A model generated the notes under the pieces. It saw nothing but the letters and a program-made list of their open reading frames with translations, did no database searches and had not been told where the DNA came from. Position numbers and translations under genes: made by a program. From Eledone cirrhosa (Eukaryota), in assembly GCA_964016885.1 (NCBI GenBank), contig OZ024743.1, positions 243,040,001 to 243,104,000 on the forward strand: a DNA stretch of 64,000 bases. The letters are read 5' to 3'. Below are positions 1-15,200 of the stretch, piece after piece. Numbering within the stretch: position 1 is the first letter of the stretch; every line of letters begins with the position of its first letter.

Positions 1-3000
1 GTAATGACCTGGTCAACCCATCCCAGGGTCTGTAATGACCTGTTCAACCCATCGTAAGGTCTGTAATGACCAGTTCAACCCATCCTGGGTTCTGTAATGA
101 CCTGTTAAACACATACTAGGGTCTGTAACGACCTGTTCAACCCATCCTAGGGTCTGTTATGACCTGGTTAACCCTTCCTAGTGTTTGTAACAACCTGTTC
201 AACCCACCCTAGGGTCTCTAATGTCCTGTTCCGCCCACCCTAGGGTCTGTAATGACATGTTCAACCTACCCTAGGGTGTGTAATGACCTGTTCCACCCAT
301 CCGACGGTCTGTAACGACCTGTTCCACCCATCCGAGGGTCTCTAACGACCGGTTCAACCCATCCTAGGGTCTGTAACAACCTGTTCAACCCATCCTAGGT
401 TCTGTAACAAGCTGTTCAACCCATCCTAGAGTCTGTAATGACCTGTTCAACCCACCCTAGTGTCTGTAACAACCTGTTCAACCCATCCTAGGGTCTGTAA
501 TGACCTGTTCAACCCATCCTAGGGTCTCTAATGACCTGTTCAACCCACCCTAGCGTCTGTAATCACCTGTTCAACCCATCCTAGGGTCTGTAATGACCTG
601 TTCAACCTATCCTAGGGTCTGTAATGACCTGTTCAACCCATCCTAGGGTCTGTAATGACCTGTTCAACCTATCCTAGGGTCTGTAATGACCTGTTCAACC
701 CATCCTAGAGTCTGTAATGACCTGATCAACCTATCCTAGGGTCTGTAATGACCTGTTCAACCTATCCTAGGGTCTGTAATGACCTGTTCAACCCATCCTA
801 GAGTCTGTAATGACCTGTTCAACCTATCCTAGGGTCTGTAATGACCTGTTCAACCCATTCTAGGGTCTGTAACCTGTTCAACCCACCCTAGGCTCTGTAA
901 TGACATGTTCAACCCATCCTAGGGTCTGTGACCATCTGTTCAACCCTTCCTTGGGTCAGTAACTACGTCTTCAACCCACCCTAGGGTCTGTAATGACCTT
1001 TTCAACACATCGTAGGGTCTGTAATGACATGTTCAACCTACACTAAGGTCTGTAATCACTTGTTCATCACATCCTAAGGTCTGTAATAACCTGTTCAACC
1101 CATCCTAGGGTCTGTAATCACCTGCTCAACCCATCCTAGGGTCTGTAATGACCTGTTCAACCCATCCTGAGGTCTGTAATGACATGTTCAACCTATCCTA
1201 GGGTGTTTCATGACATGTTCAACCCATCCTAGGGTCTGTAATGACGTTTTCAACCCATCCTAGGGTCTGTAACGTTCTGTTCAACCCACCCTAGCGTCTG
1301 TAATGAGCTGTTCAACCTATCCTAGGGTCTGTAATGAACTGTTCAACCAACCCTAGGGTCTGTAAACACCTGTTAAACCCAACCTAGGGTCTGTAATGAC
1401 CTGTTCAACCCCTCCTAGGATCTGTAATGACCAGTTCAACCTATCCTAGGGTCTGTACCGACCTGTTCAACCTATCCTAGGGTCTGTAATGACCCGTTCA
1501 ACCCACCCTAGGGTCTGTAATGACCTGGTCAACCCATCCCAGGGTCTGTAATGACCTGTTCAACCAATCGTAAGGTCTGTAATGACCAGTTCAACCCATC
1601 CTGGGTTCTGTAATGACCTGTTAAACCCATACTAGGGTCTGTAACGACCTGTTCAACCCATCCTAGGGTCTGTTATGACCTGGTTAACCCTTCCTAGTGT
1701 TTGTAACAACCTGTTCAACCCACCCTAGGGTCTCTAATGTCCTGTTCCGCCCACCCTAGGGTCTGTAATGACATGTTCAACCTACCCTAGGGTCTGTAAT
1801 GACCTGTTCCACCCATCCGAGGGTCTGTAACGACCTGTTCCACCCATCCGAGGGTCTCTAACGACCGGTTCAACCCATCCTAGGGTCTGTAACAACCTGT
1901 TCAACCCATCCTAGGTTCTGTAACAACCTGTTCAACCCATCCTAGGGTCTGTAATGACCTGTTCAACCCATCCTAGGGTCTGTAATGACCTGTTCAACCC
2001 ACCCTAGGGTCTGTAATCACCTGTTCAACCCATCCTAGGGTCTGTAATGACCTGTTCAACCTATCCTAGGGTCTGTAATGACCTGTTCAACCCATCCTAG
2101 GGTCTGTAATGACCTGTTCAACCTATCCTAGGGTCTGTAATGACCTGTTCAACCCATCCTAGAGTCTGTAATGACCTGATCAACCTATCCTAGGGTCTGT
2201 AATGACCTGTTCAACCTATCCTAGGGTCTGTAATGACCTGTTCAACCCATCCTAGAGTCTGTAATGACCTGTTCAACCCACACGAGAGTCTGTAATGACC
2301 TGTTCAACCTATCCTAGGGTCTGTAATGACCTGTTCAACCCATCCTAGGGTCAGTAACAACCTGTTCAACCCATCCTAGGGTCTGTAATGACCTCTTCAA
2401 CCCACACGAGGGTCTGTAATGACCTGTTCAACCCATCCTAGAGTCTGTAATGACCTGTTCAACCCACACAAGGGTCTGTAATGACCTGTTCAACCCATCC
2501 TAGGGTCAGTAACAACCTGTTCAACCCATCCTAGGGTCTGTAATGACCTGTTCAACCCACACGAGGGTCTGTAATGACCTGTTCAACCTATCCTAGGGTC
2601 TGTACCTACCTGTTCAACCTATCCTAGGGTCTGTAATGACCTGTTCAACCCATCCTAGGGTCTGTAACGATCTGTTCAACCCATCCTAGGGTATGTAATG
2701 ACCTGTTCAACCTATCCTAGGGTCTGTACCTACCTGTTCAACCTATCCTAGGGTCTGTAATGACCTATTCAAACCACCCTAGGGTCTGTAACGACATGTT
2801 CAACCCAACCTAGGGTCTGTAAAAACCTGTTCAACCCATCCTAGGGTCTGTAATGATCTGTTCAACCCATCCTAGTGTCTGTAATGACCTGTTCAACCTA
2901 TCCTAGGGTCTGTAATGACCAGTTCAACCGATCGTAGGGTCTGTAATGACCTGTTCAACCCAACCTAGGGTCTGTAATGACCTGTTCAACGCATCCTAGG

Positions 3001-6000
3001 GTCTGTAATGACCACTCCAACCCACCCTAGGGTCTGTAACGACCTGTTCAACCCATCCTAGTGTCTGTAATGACCTGTTCAACCCATTCTAGGGTTGGTA
3101 ATTACCTGTTCAACCCACCCTAGGGTCTGTAACGACCTGTTCAACCCTTCCTAGGGTCTGTAACAACCTGTTCAACCCACCCTAGGGTCTGTAACGACCT
3201 GTTCAACCCTTCCTAGGGTCTGTAACAACCTGTTCAACCCATCCTAGGGTCTGTAATGATCTGCTCATCCCATCCTAGGGTCTGTAACAACCTGTTCAAC
3301 ATACCCTAGTGTCTGTAATGACATGTTCAACCCATCCTGGGGTCTGTAACAACCTGTTCAATCCATCCTAGGGTCTGTAATGACCTGTTCAAGCCATCCT
3401 AGGGTCTGTAACGACCTGTTCAACCCAACCTAGGATCTGTAACGACCTGTTCAACGTATCCTAGGGTCTGTAATGACCTGTTCTACCCACCCTAGGGTCT
3501 GTAATAACCTGTTCAACCCATCCTAGGTTATGTAACGACCTGTTCAACCTATCCTAGGGTCTGTAATGAACTGTTCAACCATACCTAGGGTATGTAATGA
3601 CCCGTTCAACCCATGCTAGTGTCTGTAATGACCTGTTAAACCCACCCTAGGGTCTGTAACAACCTGTTCAACCCATCCTAGAATCTGTAATGACCTCTTC
3701 AACCTATCCTAGGGTCTGTAATGATCTCTTCAACCCAACGTAGGGTCTGTAATGACCTGTTCTACCCATCCTAGTGTCTGTAACGACCTGTTAAACCCAC
3801 CCTAGGGTCTGTAACAACTTGTTCAACCCACCCTAGGGTCTGTAATGACCTGTTCAACCCATTCTAGGGTCTGTAACCTGTTCAACCCACCCTAGGCTCT
3901 GTAATGACATGTTCAACCCATCCTAGGGTCTGTGACCATCTGTTCAACCCTTCCTTGGGTCAGTAACTACGTCTTCAACCCACCCTAGGGTCTGTAATGA
4001 CCTTTTCAACACATCGTAGGGTCTGTAATGACATGTTCAACCTACACTAAGGTCTGTAATCACTTGTTCATCACATCCTAAGGTCTGTAATAACCTGTTC
4101 AACCCATCCTAGGGTCTGTAATCACCTGCTCAACCCATCCTAGGGTCTGTAATGACCTGTTCAACCCATCCTGAGGTCTGTAATGACATGTTCAACCTAT
4201 CCTAGGGTGTTTCATGACATGTTCAACCCATCCTAGGGTCTGTAATGACGTTTTCAACCCATCCTAGGGTCTGTAACGTTCTGTTCAACCCACCCTAGCG
4301 TCTGTAATGAGCTGTTCAACCTATCCTAGGGTCTGTAATGAACTGTTCAACCAACCCTAGGGTCTGTAAACACCTGTTAAACCCAACCTAGGGTCTGTAA
4401 TGACCTGTTCACCCCTCCTAGGATCTGTAATGACCAGTTCAACCTATCCTAGGGTCTGTAATGACCTGGTCAACCCATCCCAGGGTCTGTAATGACCTGT
4501 TCAACCCATCGTAAGGTCTGTAATGACCAGTTCAACCCATCCTGGGTTCTGTAATGACCTGTTAAACCCATACTAGGGTCTGTAACGACCTGTTCAACCC
4601 ATCCTAGGGTCTGTTATGACCTGGTTAACCCTTCCAAGTGTTTGTAACAACCTGTTCAACCCACCCTAGGGTCTCTAATGTCCTGTTCCGCCCACCCTAG
4701 GGTCTGTAATGACATGTTCAAACTACCCTAGGGTCTGTAATGACCTGTTCAACCCTCTCTAGGGTCTGCAATGACCTATTCAATGCATCCAGGGGTCTGT
4801 AGTGACCTGTTCAACCCATCCTAGGGTCTGTAACGATCTGTTCAACCCACACTAGGGTCTGTAATGACCTGTTCAACCCTTTCTAAAGTCTGTAACAACC
4901 TGTTCAACCCACCCTAGGGTCTGTAATGACCTGTGCAACCCTTCCTAGTGTTTGTAACAACCTGTTCAACCCACCCTAGGGTGTGTAATGACCTGTTCAA
5001 CCCACCCTAGGGTCTCTTACGACCTGTTCAACCTTTCCTTGGGTCTGTAATAAACTATTCAACCATACCTAGGGTCTGTAATCACTTGTTTATAACATCC
5101 TAGGGTCTGTAATAACCTGTTCAACTCATCCTAGGGTGTGTAATGACCTGTTCAACCTATACTATAGTCTGTAACGATCTGTTCAAACCACCCTAGGGTC
5201 TGTAATGACCCGTTCAACCCACCCTAGGGTATGTAATGACCTGTTCAGCCCATCCGAGGGTCTGTAACGATCCGTTCAACCCATCCTAGGGTCTGTAATG
5301 ACTTGTTCTACCCACCATAAGATCTGTAATGACCTGTTCAACCCTTCCTAGGGTCTGTAACGACCTGTTAAACCCTTCCTAGTGTTTGTAACAAGCTGTT
5401 CAACCCACCCTAGGGTGTGTAATGACCTGTTCAACCCACCATAGGTTCTGTAATGACCCGTTCAAACCACCCTAGGGTCTGAAATGTTCTCTTCAACCCA
5501 TCCTATTGTCTGTAACAACCTGTTCAACCCAACCTAGGGTCTGTAATAACTTGTTCTACCCATCCTAGGGTCTGTAACAACCTGTTCAACCCACCATAGG
5601 ATCTGTAATAACCTGTTCAACCCATTCTAGGGTCTGTAATGACCTGTTCAACCCATCCTAGGGTGTGTAATAACCTGTTCAACCCATTCTAGGGTCTGTA
5701 ATGACCTGTTCAACCCACCCAAGGGTCTATAATGACCTGTTCAACACATCCTAGGATCTGTAATGACCTGTTCAACCCATCCTAGGGTGTGTAATGACCA
5801 GTTCAACCCATGCTAGTGTCTGTAATGACCTGTTCACCCCATCCTAGCGTCAGTAATGAGCTGTTCAAACTATGTTAGAGTCAGTAATGACATGTTCAAC
5901 CCACACTAGCGTCTGTAATGAGCTGTTCAACCTATCCTAGGGTCTGTAATGAACTGTTCAACCAACCCTAGGGTCTGTAAACACCTGTTAAACCCAACCT

Positions 6001-9000
6001 AGGGTCTGTAATGACCTGTTCAACCCCTCCTAGGATCTGTAATGACCAGTTCAACCTATCCTAGGGTCTGTACCGACCTGTTCAACGTATCCTAGGGTCT
6101 GTAATGACCCGTTCAACCCACCCTAGGGTCTGTAATGACCTGGTCAACCCATCCCAGGGTCTGTAATGACCTGTTCAACCCATCGTAAGGTCTGTAATGA
6201 CCAGTTCAACCCATCCTGGGTTCTGTAATGACCTGTTAAACCCATACTAGGGTCTGTAACGACCTGTTCAACCCATCCTAGGGTCTGTTATGACCTGGTT
6301 AACCCTTCCTAGTGTTTGTAACAACCTGTTCAACCCACCCTAGGGTCTCTAATGTCCTGTTCCGCCCACCCTAGGGTCTGTAATGACATGTTCAACCTAC
6401 CCTAGGGTGTGTAATGACCTGTTCCACCCATCCGACGGTCTGTAACGACCTGTTCCACCCATCCGAGGGTCTCTAACGACCGGTTCAACCCATCCTAGGG
6501 TCTGTAACAACCTGTTCAACCCATCCTAGGTTCTGTAACAAGCTGTTCAACCCATCCTAGAGTCTGTAATGACCTGTTCAACCCACCCTAGTGTCTGTAA
6601 CAACCTGTTCAACCCATCCTAGGGTCTGTAATGACCTGTTCAACCCATCCTAGGGTCTCTAATGACCTGTTCAACCCACCCTAGCGTCTGTAATCACCTG
6701 TTCAACCCATCCTAGGGTCTGTAATGACCTGTTCAACCTATCCTAGGGTCTGTAATGACCTGTTCAACCCATCCTAGGGTCTGTAATGACCTGTTCAACC
6801 TATCCTAGGGTCTGTAATGACCTGTTCAACCCATCCTAGAGTCTGTAATGACCTGATCAACCTATCCTAGGGTCTGTAATGACCTGTTCAACCTATCCTA
6901 GGGTCTGTAATGACCTGTTCAACCCATCCTAGAGTCTGTAATGACCTGTTCAACCTATCCTAGGGTCTGTAATGACCTGTTCAACCCATTCTAGGGTCTG
7001 TAACCTGTTCAACCCACCCTAGGCTCTGTAATGACATGTTCAACCCATCCTAGGGTCTGTGACCATCTGTTCAACCCTTCCTTGGGTCAGTAACTACGTC
7101 TTCAACCCACCCTAGGGTCTGTAATGACCTTTTCAACACATCGTAGGGTCTGTAATGACATGTTCAACCTACACTAAGGTCTGTAATCACTTGTTCATCA
7201 CATCCTAAGGTCTGTAATAACCTGTTCAACCCATCCTAGGGTCTGTAATCACCTGCTCAACCCATCCTAGGGTCTGTAATGACCTGTTCAACCCATCCTG
7301 AGGTCTGTAATGACATGTTCAACCTATCCTAGGGTGTTTCATGACATGTTCAACCCATCCTAGGGTCTGTAATGACGTTTTCAACCCATCCTAGGGTCTG
7401 TAACGTTCTGTTCAACCCACCCTAGCGTCTGTAATGAGCTGTTCAACCTATCCTAGGGTCTGTAATGAACTGTTCAACCAACCCTAGGGTCTGTAAACAC
7501 CTGTTAAACCCAACCTAGGGTCTGTAATGACCTGTTCAACCCCTCCTAGGATCTGTAATGACCAGTTCAACCTATCCTAGGGTCTGTACCGACCTGTTCA
7601 ACCTATCCTAGGGTCTGTAATGACCCGTTCAACCCACCCTAGGGTCTGTAATGACCTGGTCAACCCATCCCAGGGTCTGTAATGACCTGTTCAACCAATC
7701 GTAAGGTCTGTAATGACCAGTTCAACCCATCCTGGGTTCTGTAATGACCTGTTAAACCCATACTAGGGTCTGTAACGACCTGTTCAACCCATCCTAGGGT
7801 CTGTTATGACCTGGTTAACCCTTCCTAGTGTTTGTAACAACCTGTTCAACCCACCCTAGGGTCTCTAATGTCCTGTTCCGCCCACCCTAGGGTCTGTAAT
7901 GACATGTTCAACCTACCCTAGGGTCTGTAATAACCTGTTCCACCCATCCGAGGGTCTGTAACGACCTGTTCCACCCATCCGAGGGTCTCTAACGACCGGT
8001 TCAACCCATCCTAGGGTCTGTAACAACCTGTTCAACCCATCCTAGGTTCTGTAACAACCTGTTCAACCCATCCTAGGGTCTGTAATGACCTGTTCAACCC
8101 ATCCTAGGGTCTGTAATGACCTGTTCAACCCACCCTAGGGTCTGTAATCACCTGTTCAACCCATCCTAGGGTCTGTAATGACCTGTTCAACCTATCCTAG
8201 GGTCTGTAATGACCTGTTCAACCCATCCTAGGGTCTGTAATGACCTGTTCAACCTATCCTAGGGTCTGTAATGACCTGTTCAACCCATCCTAGAGTCTGT
8301 AATGACCTGATCAACCTATCCTAGGGTCTGTAATGACCTGTTCAACCTATCCTAGGGTCTGTAATGACCTGTTCAACCCACACGAGAGTCTGTAATGACC
8401 TGTTCAACCTATCCTAGGGTCTGTAATGACCTGTTCAACCTATCCTAGGGTCTGTAATGACCTGTTCAACCCATCCTAGAGTCTGTAATGACCTGATCAA
8501 CCTATCCTAGGGTCTGTAATGACCTGTTCAACCTATCCTAGGGTCTGTAATGACCTGTTCAACCCATCCTAGAGTCTGTAATGACCTGTTCAACCCACAC
8601 GAGAGTCTGTAATGACCTGTTCAACCTATCCTAGGGTCTGTAATGACCTGTTCAACCTATCCTAGGGTCTGTAATGACCTGTTCAACCTATCCTAGGGTC
8701 TGTAATGACCTGATCAACCTATCCTAGGGTCAGTAACAACCTGTTCAACCCATCCTAGGGTCTGTAATGACCTGTTCAACCCACACGAGGGTCTGTAATG
8801 ACCTGTTCAACCCATCCTAGAGTCTGTAATGACCTGTTCAACCCACACAAGGGTCTGTAATGACCTGTTCAACCCATCCTAGGGTCAGTAACAACCTGTT
8901 CAACCCATCCTAGGGTCTGTAATGACCTGTTCAACCCACACGAGGGTCTGTAATGACCTGTTCAACCTATCCTAGGGTCTGTACCTACCTGTTCAACCTA

Positions 9001-12000
9001 TCCTAGGGTCTGTAATGACCTGTTCAACCCATCCTAGGGTCTGTAACGATCTGTTCAACCCATCCTAGGGTATGTAATGACCTGTTCAACCTATCCTAGG
9101 GTCTGTACCTACCTGTTCAACCTATCCTAGGGTCTGTAATGACCTATTCAAACCACCCTAGGGTCTGTAACGACATGTTCAACCCAACCTAGGGTCCGTA
9201 AAAACCTGTTCAACCCATCCTAGGGTCTGTAATGATCTGTTCAACCCATCCTAGTGTCTGTAATGACCTGTTCAACCTATCCTAGGGTCTGTAATGACCT
9301 GTTCAAACCATCCTAGTGTCTGTAAAAACCTGTTCAACCCATCCTAGTGTCTGTAATGACCTCTTCAACCGATCGTAGGGTCTGTAATGACCTGTTCAAC
9401 CCAACCTAGGGTCTGTAATGACCTGTTCAACGCATCCTAGGGTCTGTAATGACCACTCCAACCCACTCTAGGGTCTGTAACGACCTGTTCAACCCACCCT
9501 AGGGTCTGTAACGACCTGTTCAACCCTTCCTAGGGTCTGTAACAACCTGTTCAACCCATCCTAGGGTCTGTAATGATCTGCTCATCCCATCCTAGGGTCT
9601 GTAACAACCTGTTCAACATACCCTAGTGTCTGTAATGACATGTTCAACCCATCCTGGGGTCTGTAACAACCTGTTCAAGCCATCCTAGGGTCTGTAATGA
9701 CCTGTTCAAGCCATCCTAGGGTCTGTAACGACCTGTTCAACCCAACCTAGGATCTGTAACGACCTGTTCAACGTATCCTAGGGTCTGTAATGACCTGTTC
9801 TACCCACCCTAGGGTCTGTAATAACCTGTTCAACCCATCCTAGGTTATGTAACGACCTGTTCAACCTATCCTAGGGTCTGTAATGAACTGTTCAACCATA
9901 CCTAGGGTATGTAATGACCCGTTCAACCCATGCTAGTGTCTGTAATGACCTGTTAAACCCACCCTAGGGTCTGTAACAACCTGTTCAACCCATCCTAGAA
10001 TCTGTAATGACCTCTTCAACCTATCCTAGGGTCTGTAATGATCTCTTCAACCCAACCTAGGGTCTGTAATGACCTGTTCTACCCATCCTAGTGTCTGTAA
10101 CGACCTGTTAAACCCACCCTAGGGTCTGTAACAACTTGTTCAACCCACCCTAGGGTCTGTAATGACCTGTTCAACCCATTCTAGGGTCTGTAACCTGTTC
10201 AACCCACCCTAGGCTCTGTAATGACATGTTCAACCCATCCTAGGGTCTGTGACCATCTGTTCAACCCTTCCTTGGGTCAGTAACTACGTCTTCAACCCAC
10301 CCTAGGGTCTGTAATGACCTTTTCAACACATCGTAGGGTCTGTAATGACATGTTCAACCTACACTAAGGTCTGTAATCACTTGTTCATCACATCCTAAGG
10401 TCTGTAATAACCTGTTCAACCCATCCTAGGGTCTGTAATCACCTGCTCAACCCATCCTAGGGTCTGTAATGACCTGTTCAACCCATCCTGAGGTCTGTAA
10501 TGACATGTTCAACCTATCCTAGGGTGTTTCATGACATGTTCAACCCATCCTAGGGTCTGTAATGACGTTTTCAACCCATCCTAGGGTCTGTAACGTTCTG
10601 TTCAACCCACCCTAGCGTCTGTAATGAGCTGTTCAACCTATCCTAGGGTCTGTAATGAACTGTTCAACCAACCCTAGGGTCTGTAAACACCTGTTAAACC
10701 CAACCTAGGGTCTGTAATGACCTGTTCACCCCTCCTAGGATCTGTAATGACCAGTTCAACCTATCCTAGGGTCTGTAATGACATGGTCAACCCATCCCAG
10801 GGTCTGTAATGACCTGTTCAACCCATCGTAAGGTCTGTAATGACCAGTTCAACCCATCCTGGGTTCTGTAATGACCTGTTAAACCCATACTAGGGTCTGT
10901 AACGACCTGTTCAACCCATCCTAGGGTCTGTTATGACCTGGTTAACCCTTCCAAGTGTTTGTAACAACCTGTTCAACCCACCCTAGGGTCTCTAATGTCC
11001 TGTTCCGCCCACCCTAGGGTCTGTAATGACATGTTCAACCTACCCTAGGGTCTGTAATGACCTGTTCAACCCACTCTAGGGTCTGCAATGACCTATTCAA
11101 TGCATCCAGGGGTCTGTAGTGACCTGTTCAACCCATCCTAGGGTCTGTAACGATCTGTTCAACCCACACTAGGGTCTGTAATGACCTGTTCAACCCTTTC
11201 TAAAGTCTGTAACAACCTGTTCAACCCACCCTAGGGTCTGTAATGACCTGTGCAACCCTTCCTAGTGTTTGTAACAACCTGTTCAACCCACCCTAGGGTG
11301 TGTAATGACCTGTTCAACCCACCCTAGGGTCTCTTACGACCTGTTCAACCTTTCCTTGGGTCTGTAATAAACTGTTCAACCATACCTAGGGTCTGTAATC
11401 ACTTGTTTATAACATCCTAGGGTCTGTAATAACCTGTTCAACCCATCCTAGGGTGTGTAATGACCTGTTCAACCTATACTATAGTCTGTAACGATCTGTT
11501 CAAACCACCCTAGGGTCTGTAATGACCCGTTCAACCCACCCTAGGGTATGTAATGACCTGTTCAGCCCATCCGAGGGTCTGTAACGATCCGTTCAACCCA
11601 TCCTAGGGTCTGTAATGACTTGTTCTACCCACCATAAGATCTGTAATGACCTGTTCAACCCTTCCTAGGGTCTGTAACGACCTGTTAAACCCTTCCTAGT
11701 GTTTGTAACAAGCTGTTCAACCCACCCTAGGGTGTGTAATGACCTGTTCAACCCACCATAGGTTCTGTAATGACCCGTTCAAACCACCCTAGGGTCTGAA
11801 ATGTTCTCTTCAACCCATCCTATTGTCTGTAACAACCTGTTCAACCCAACCTAGGGTCTGTAATAACTTGTTCTACCCATCCTAGGGTCTGTAACAACCT
11901 GTTCAACCCACCATAGGATCTGTAATAACCTGTTCAACCCATTCTAGGGTCTGTAATGACCTGTTCAACCCACCCAAGGGTCTATAATGACCTGTTCAAC

Positions 12001-12175
12001 ACATCCTAGGATCTGTAATGACCTGTTCAACCCATCCTAGGGTGTGTAATGACCAGTTCAACCCATGCTAGTGTCTGTAATGACCTGTTCACCCCATCCT
12101 AGCGTCAGTAATGAGCTGTTCAAACTATGTTAGAGTCAGTAATGACATGTTCAACCCACGCTAGCGTCTGTAATG
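1..12175 (+). repeat. Higher-order tandem duplication, unit ~6.1-6.3 kb (~200 monomers), two copies (~1-5920 and ~6132-12175)
   Basis: The variant series beginning GTAATGACCTGGTCAACCCATCCCAGG at 1 recurs at 6132 (offset 6131). Rare variants such as CTCTTACGAC (~5013/~11331) and TATGTTAGAGTCAG (~5871/~12127) recur in the same order. Confidence 0.85.
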
Positions 12176-12289
12176 ACCTGTTAAACCCATGCTAGGGTCT
12201 GTAACGACCTGTTAAACCCACCTTAGTGTCTGTAATGACCTGTTCAACCCATCCTAGGGTCTGTAATGACCTGCTCAACCCATCCTAGG

Positions 12290-15200
12290 GTCTGTAATGA
12301 CCTGTTCAACCCACCCTAGGGTCTGTAATGACCTGTTCAACACACCCTGGGGTCTGTAATGAACTGATCAACCCACCCTAGGGCCTGTAATAACCTGTTC
12401 AACGCATCCAGTGGTCTGTAATGACCAGTTCAACCCATCCTAAGGTTTGTAATGACCTGTTCCACCCATCCTAATGTCTGTAATGACCTCTTCAACCTAT
12501 CCTAGGGCCTGTAATGATCTCTTCAACCCAACCTAGGGTCTGTAATGACCTGTTCTACCCATCCTAGGGTCTGTAACGACCTGTTAAACCGATCCTGGGT
12601 CTGTAACAACTTGTTCAACCCACCCAAGGCTCTGTAATGAACTGTTCAACCCATTCTAGGGTCTGTAATGACCTGTTCAACCCACCCTAGGCTCTGTTAC
12701 CATCTGTTCAACCCTTCCTGGTGTCTGTAACTACTTCTTCAACCCATCCTAGGGTCTGTAACAACCTGTTCAACCCACCCTAGGGTCTGTAATGACCTTT
12801 TCAACCCATCGTAGGGTCTGTAATGACATGTTCAACCTACACTAAGGTCTGTAATCACTTGTTCATCACATCCTAGGGTCTGTAATAACCTGTTCAACCC
12901 ATCCTAGGGTCTGTAATCACCTGCTCAACCCATCCTAGGGTCTGTAATGACCTGTTCAACCCATCCTAAGGTCTGTAATGCCCTGTTCAATCTACCCTAG
13001 GGTGTTTAATGACTTGTTCAACCCATCCTAGGGTCTGTAATGACCTTTTCAACCCATCCTAGGGTCTGTAACGTTCTGTTCAACCCACCCTAGCGTCTGT
13101 AATGAGCTGTTAAACCCAACCTGGGGTCTGTAATGAGCTGTTCAACCCATCGTAAGGTCTGTAATGACCAGTTCAACCCACCCTAGGATCTGTAATGACC
13201 TATTCCGCCCACCCTAGGGTCTGTAATGAAATGTTCAACCTACCCTAGGGTCTGTAATGACCTGTTCAACCCACTCTAGGGTCTGCAATGACCTGTTCAA
13301 CGCATCCAGGGGTCTCTAGTGACCTGTTCAACCCATCCTAAGGTCTGTAATGACCTGTTCAACCCAGCCTAGGGTCTGTATTGACCTGTTCAACCCACTC
13401 TAGGGTCTGTAATGACCTGTTCAACGCATCCGGGGCTCTGTAATGACCTGTTCAACCTATCCTAGGGTCTGTAATGACCTGTTCAAGCCATCCTAGGGTC
13501 TGTAATGACATGTTCAACGCATCCTAGGGTCTGTAATGATCTGTTCAACCCACACTAGGGTCTGTAATGACCTATTAAACCCACCCTAGGTTCTGTAATG
13601 ACATGTTCAACGCATCCCAGGGTCTGTAATGATCTGTTCAACCCACACTAGGGTCTGTAATGACCTATTAAACCCACCCTAGTGTCTGTAATGACCTGTT
13701 CAACACATCCTAGGGTCTGTAATGACCTGTGCACCCCTTCCTAGAGTTTGTAACAACCTGTTCAACCCACCCTAGTGTGTGTAATGACCTGTTCAACCCA
13801 CCCTAGGGTCTCCTACGACCTGTTCAACCTTTCCTTGGGTCTGTAATGAAATGTTCAACCCACCTTAGGGTCTGTAATCACTTGTTTATAACATCCTAGG
13901 GTCTGTAATAACCTGTTCAACCCATCCTAGGGTGTGTAATGACCTGTTCAACCTATACTAGGGTCTGTAACAATCTGTTCAAACCCACCCTAGGGTCTGT
14001 AATGACCCTTTCAACCCACCCTAGGGTATGTAATGACCTGTTCAGCCCATCCGAGGGTCTGTAACGATCCGTTCTGCCCATCCTAGGGTCTGTAACGACC
14101 TGTTCAACCCACCATAAGATCTGTAATGACCTGTTCAGCCCTTCCTAGTGTTTGTAACAACCTGTTCAACCCAACCTAGGATCTGTAATAACCTGTTCAA
14201 CCCATCCTAGGGTCTGTAATGACCTGTTCAACCCACCCTAGGGTCTATAATGACCTGTTCAACGCATCCTAGGGTCTGTAATGACCTGTTCAACCTATGC
14301 TAGGGCCTGTAATGAACTGTTCAACCCACACTAGGGTCTGTAATGACCTGGTCAACCCATCCCAGGGTCTGTAATGACCTGTTCAACCCATCCTAGGGTC
14401 TGTTATGACCTGTTCAACCCTTCCTAGTGTTTGTAACAACCATTTCAACCTATCCTAGGGTCTGTAATGACCTGTTCCACCCACCCTAGGGTCTGTAATG
14501 ACATGTTCAACCCACCCTAGGGTCTGTAATGACCTTTTCAACCCATCCTAGGGTCTGTAACGATCTGTTAAACCCACCCTAGAGTCTGTAATGACCTGTT
14601 CAACCCATGCTTGGGTCTGTAATGACCTGTTCAACCCATCCTAGGGTCTGTAACGACCTGTTCCACCTATCCTAGGGTCTATAACCACCTGTTACACCTA
14701 CCCTAGGGTCTGTAACGACGTGTTCAATCCAACCTAGCGTCTGTTATGACCTATTCAAGCCTTCCTAGTGTTTGTAACAACCTGTTCAACCAACCCTATG
14801 GTCTGTAATGACCTGTTCAACTTATCCTAGGGTCTTTAACGACCTGTTCAACCTATCCTAGGGTCTGTAATGACCTGTTCAACCAACCCTATGGTCTGTA
14901 ATGACCTGTTCAACCTATCCTAGGGTCTTTAACGACCTGTTCAATCCACCCTAGGGTCTGTAATGACCTGTTCAACCCTTTCTAGGGTCTGTAACAACCT
15001 GTTCAACCCACCCTAGGGTCTGTAATAACCTGTTCAACACATCCTATGGTTTGTAATTACCGGTTCAACCCATTCTAAGGTCTGTAATGAAGTGTTCAAA
15101 CTATCCTAGGGTCTGTTATGACCTGGTCATCCCATCCTAGGGTCTGTAACAACCTGTTCAACCCACCATAGGATCTGTAATAACCTGTTCAACCCATCCT

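Noticed and set aside
483-494. Telomere-repeat origin of the satellite (AACCC and CTAGGG resemble TTAGGG strands)
   Set aside because: No tandem TTAGGG or CCCTAA runs; the resemblance is only 5 bp.
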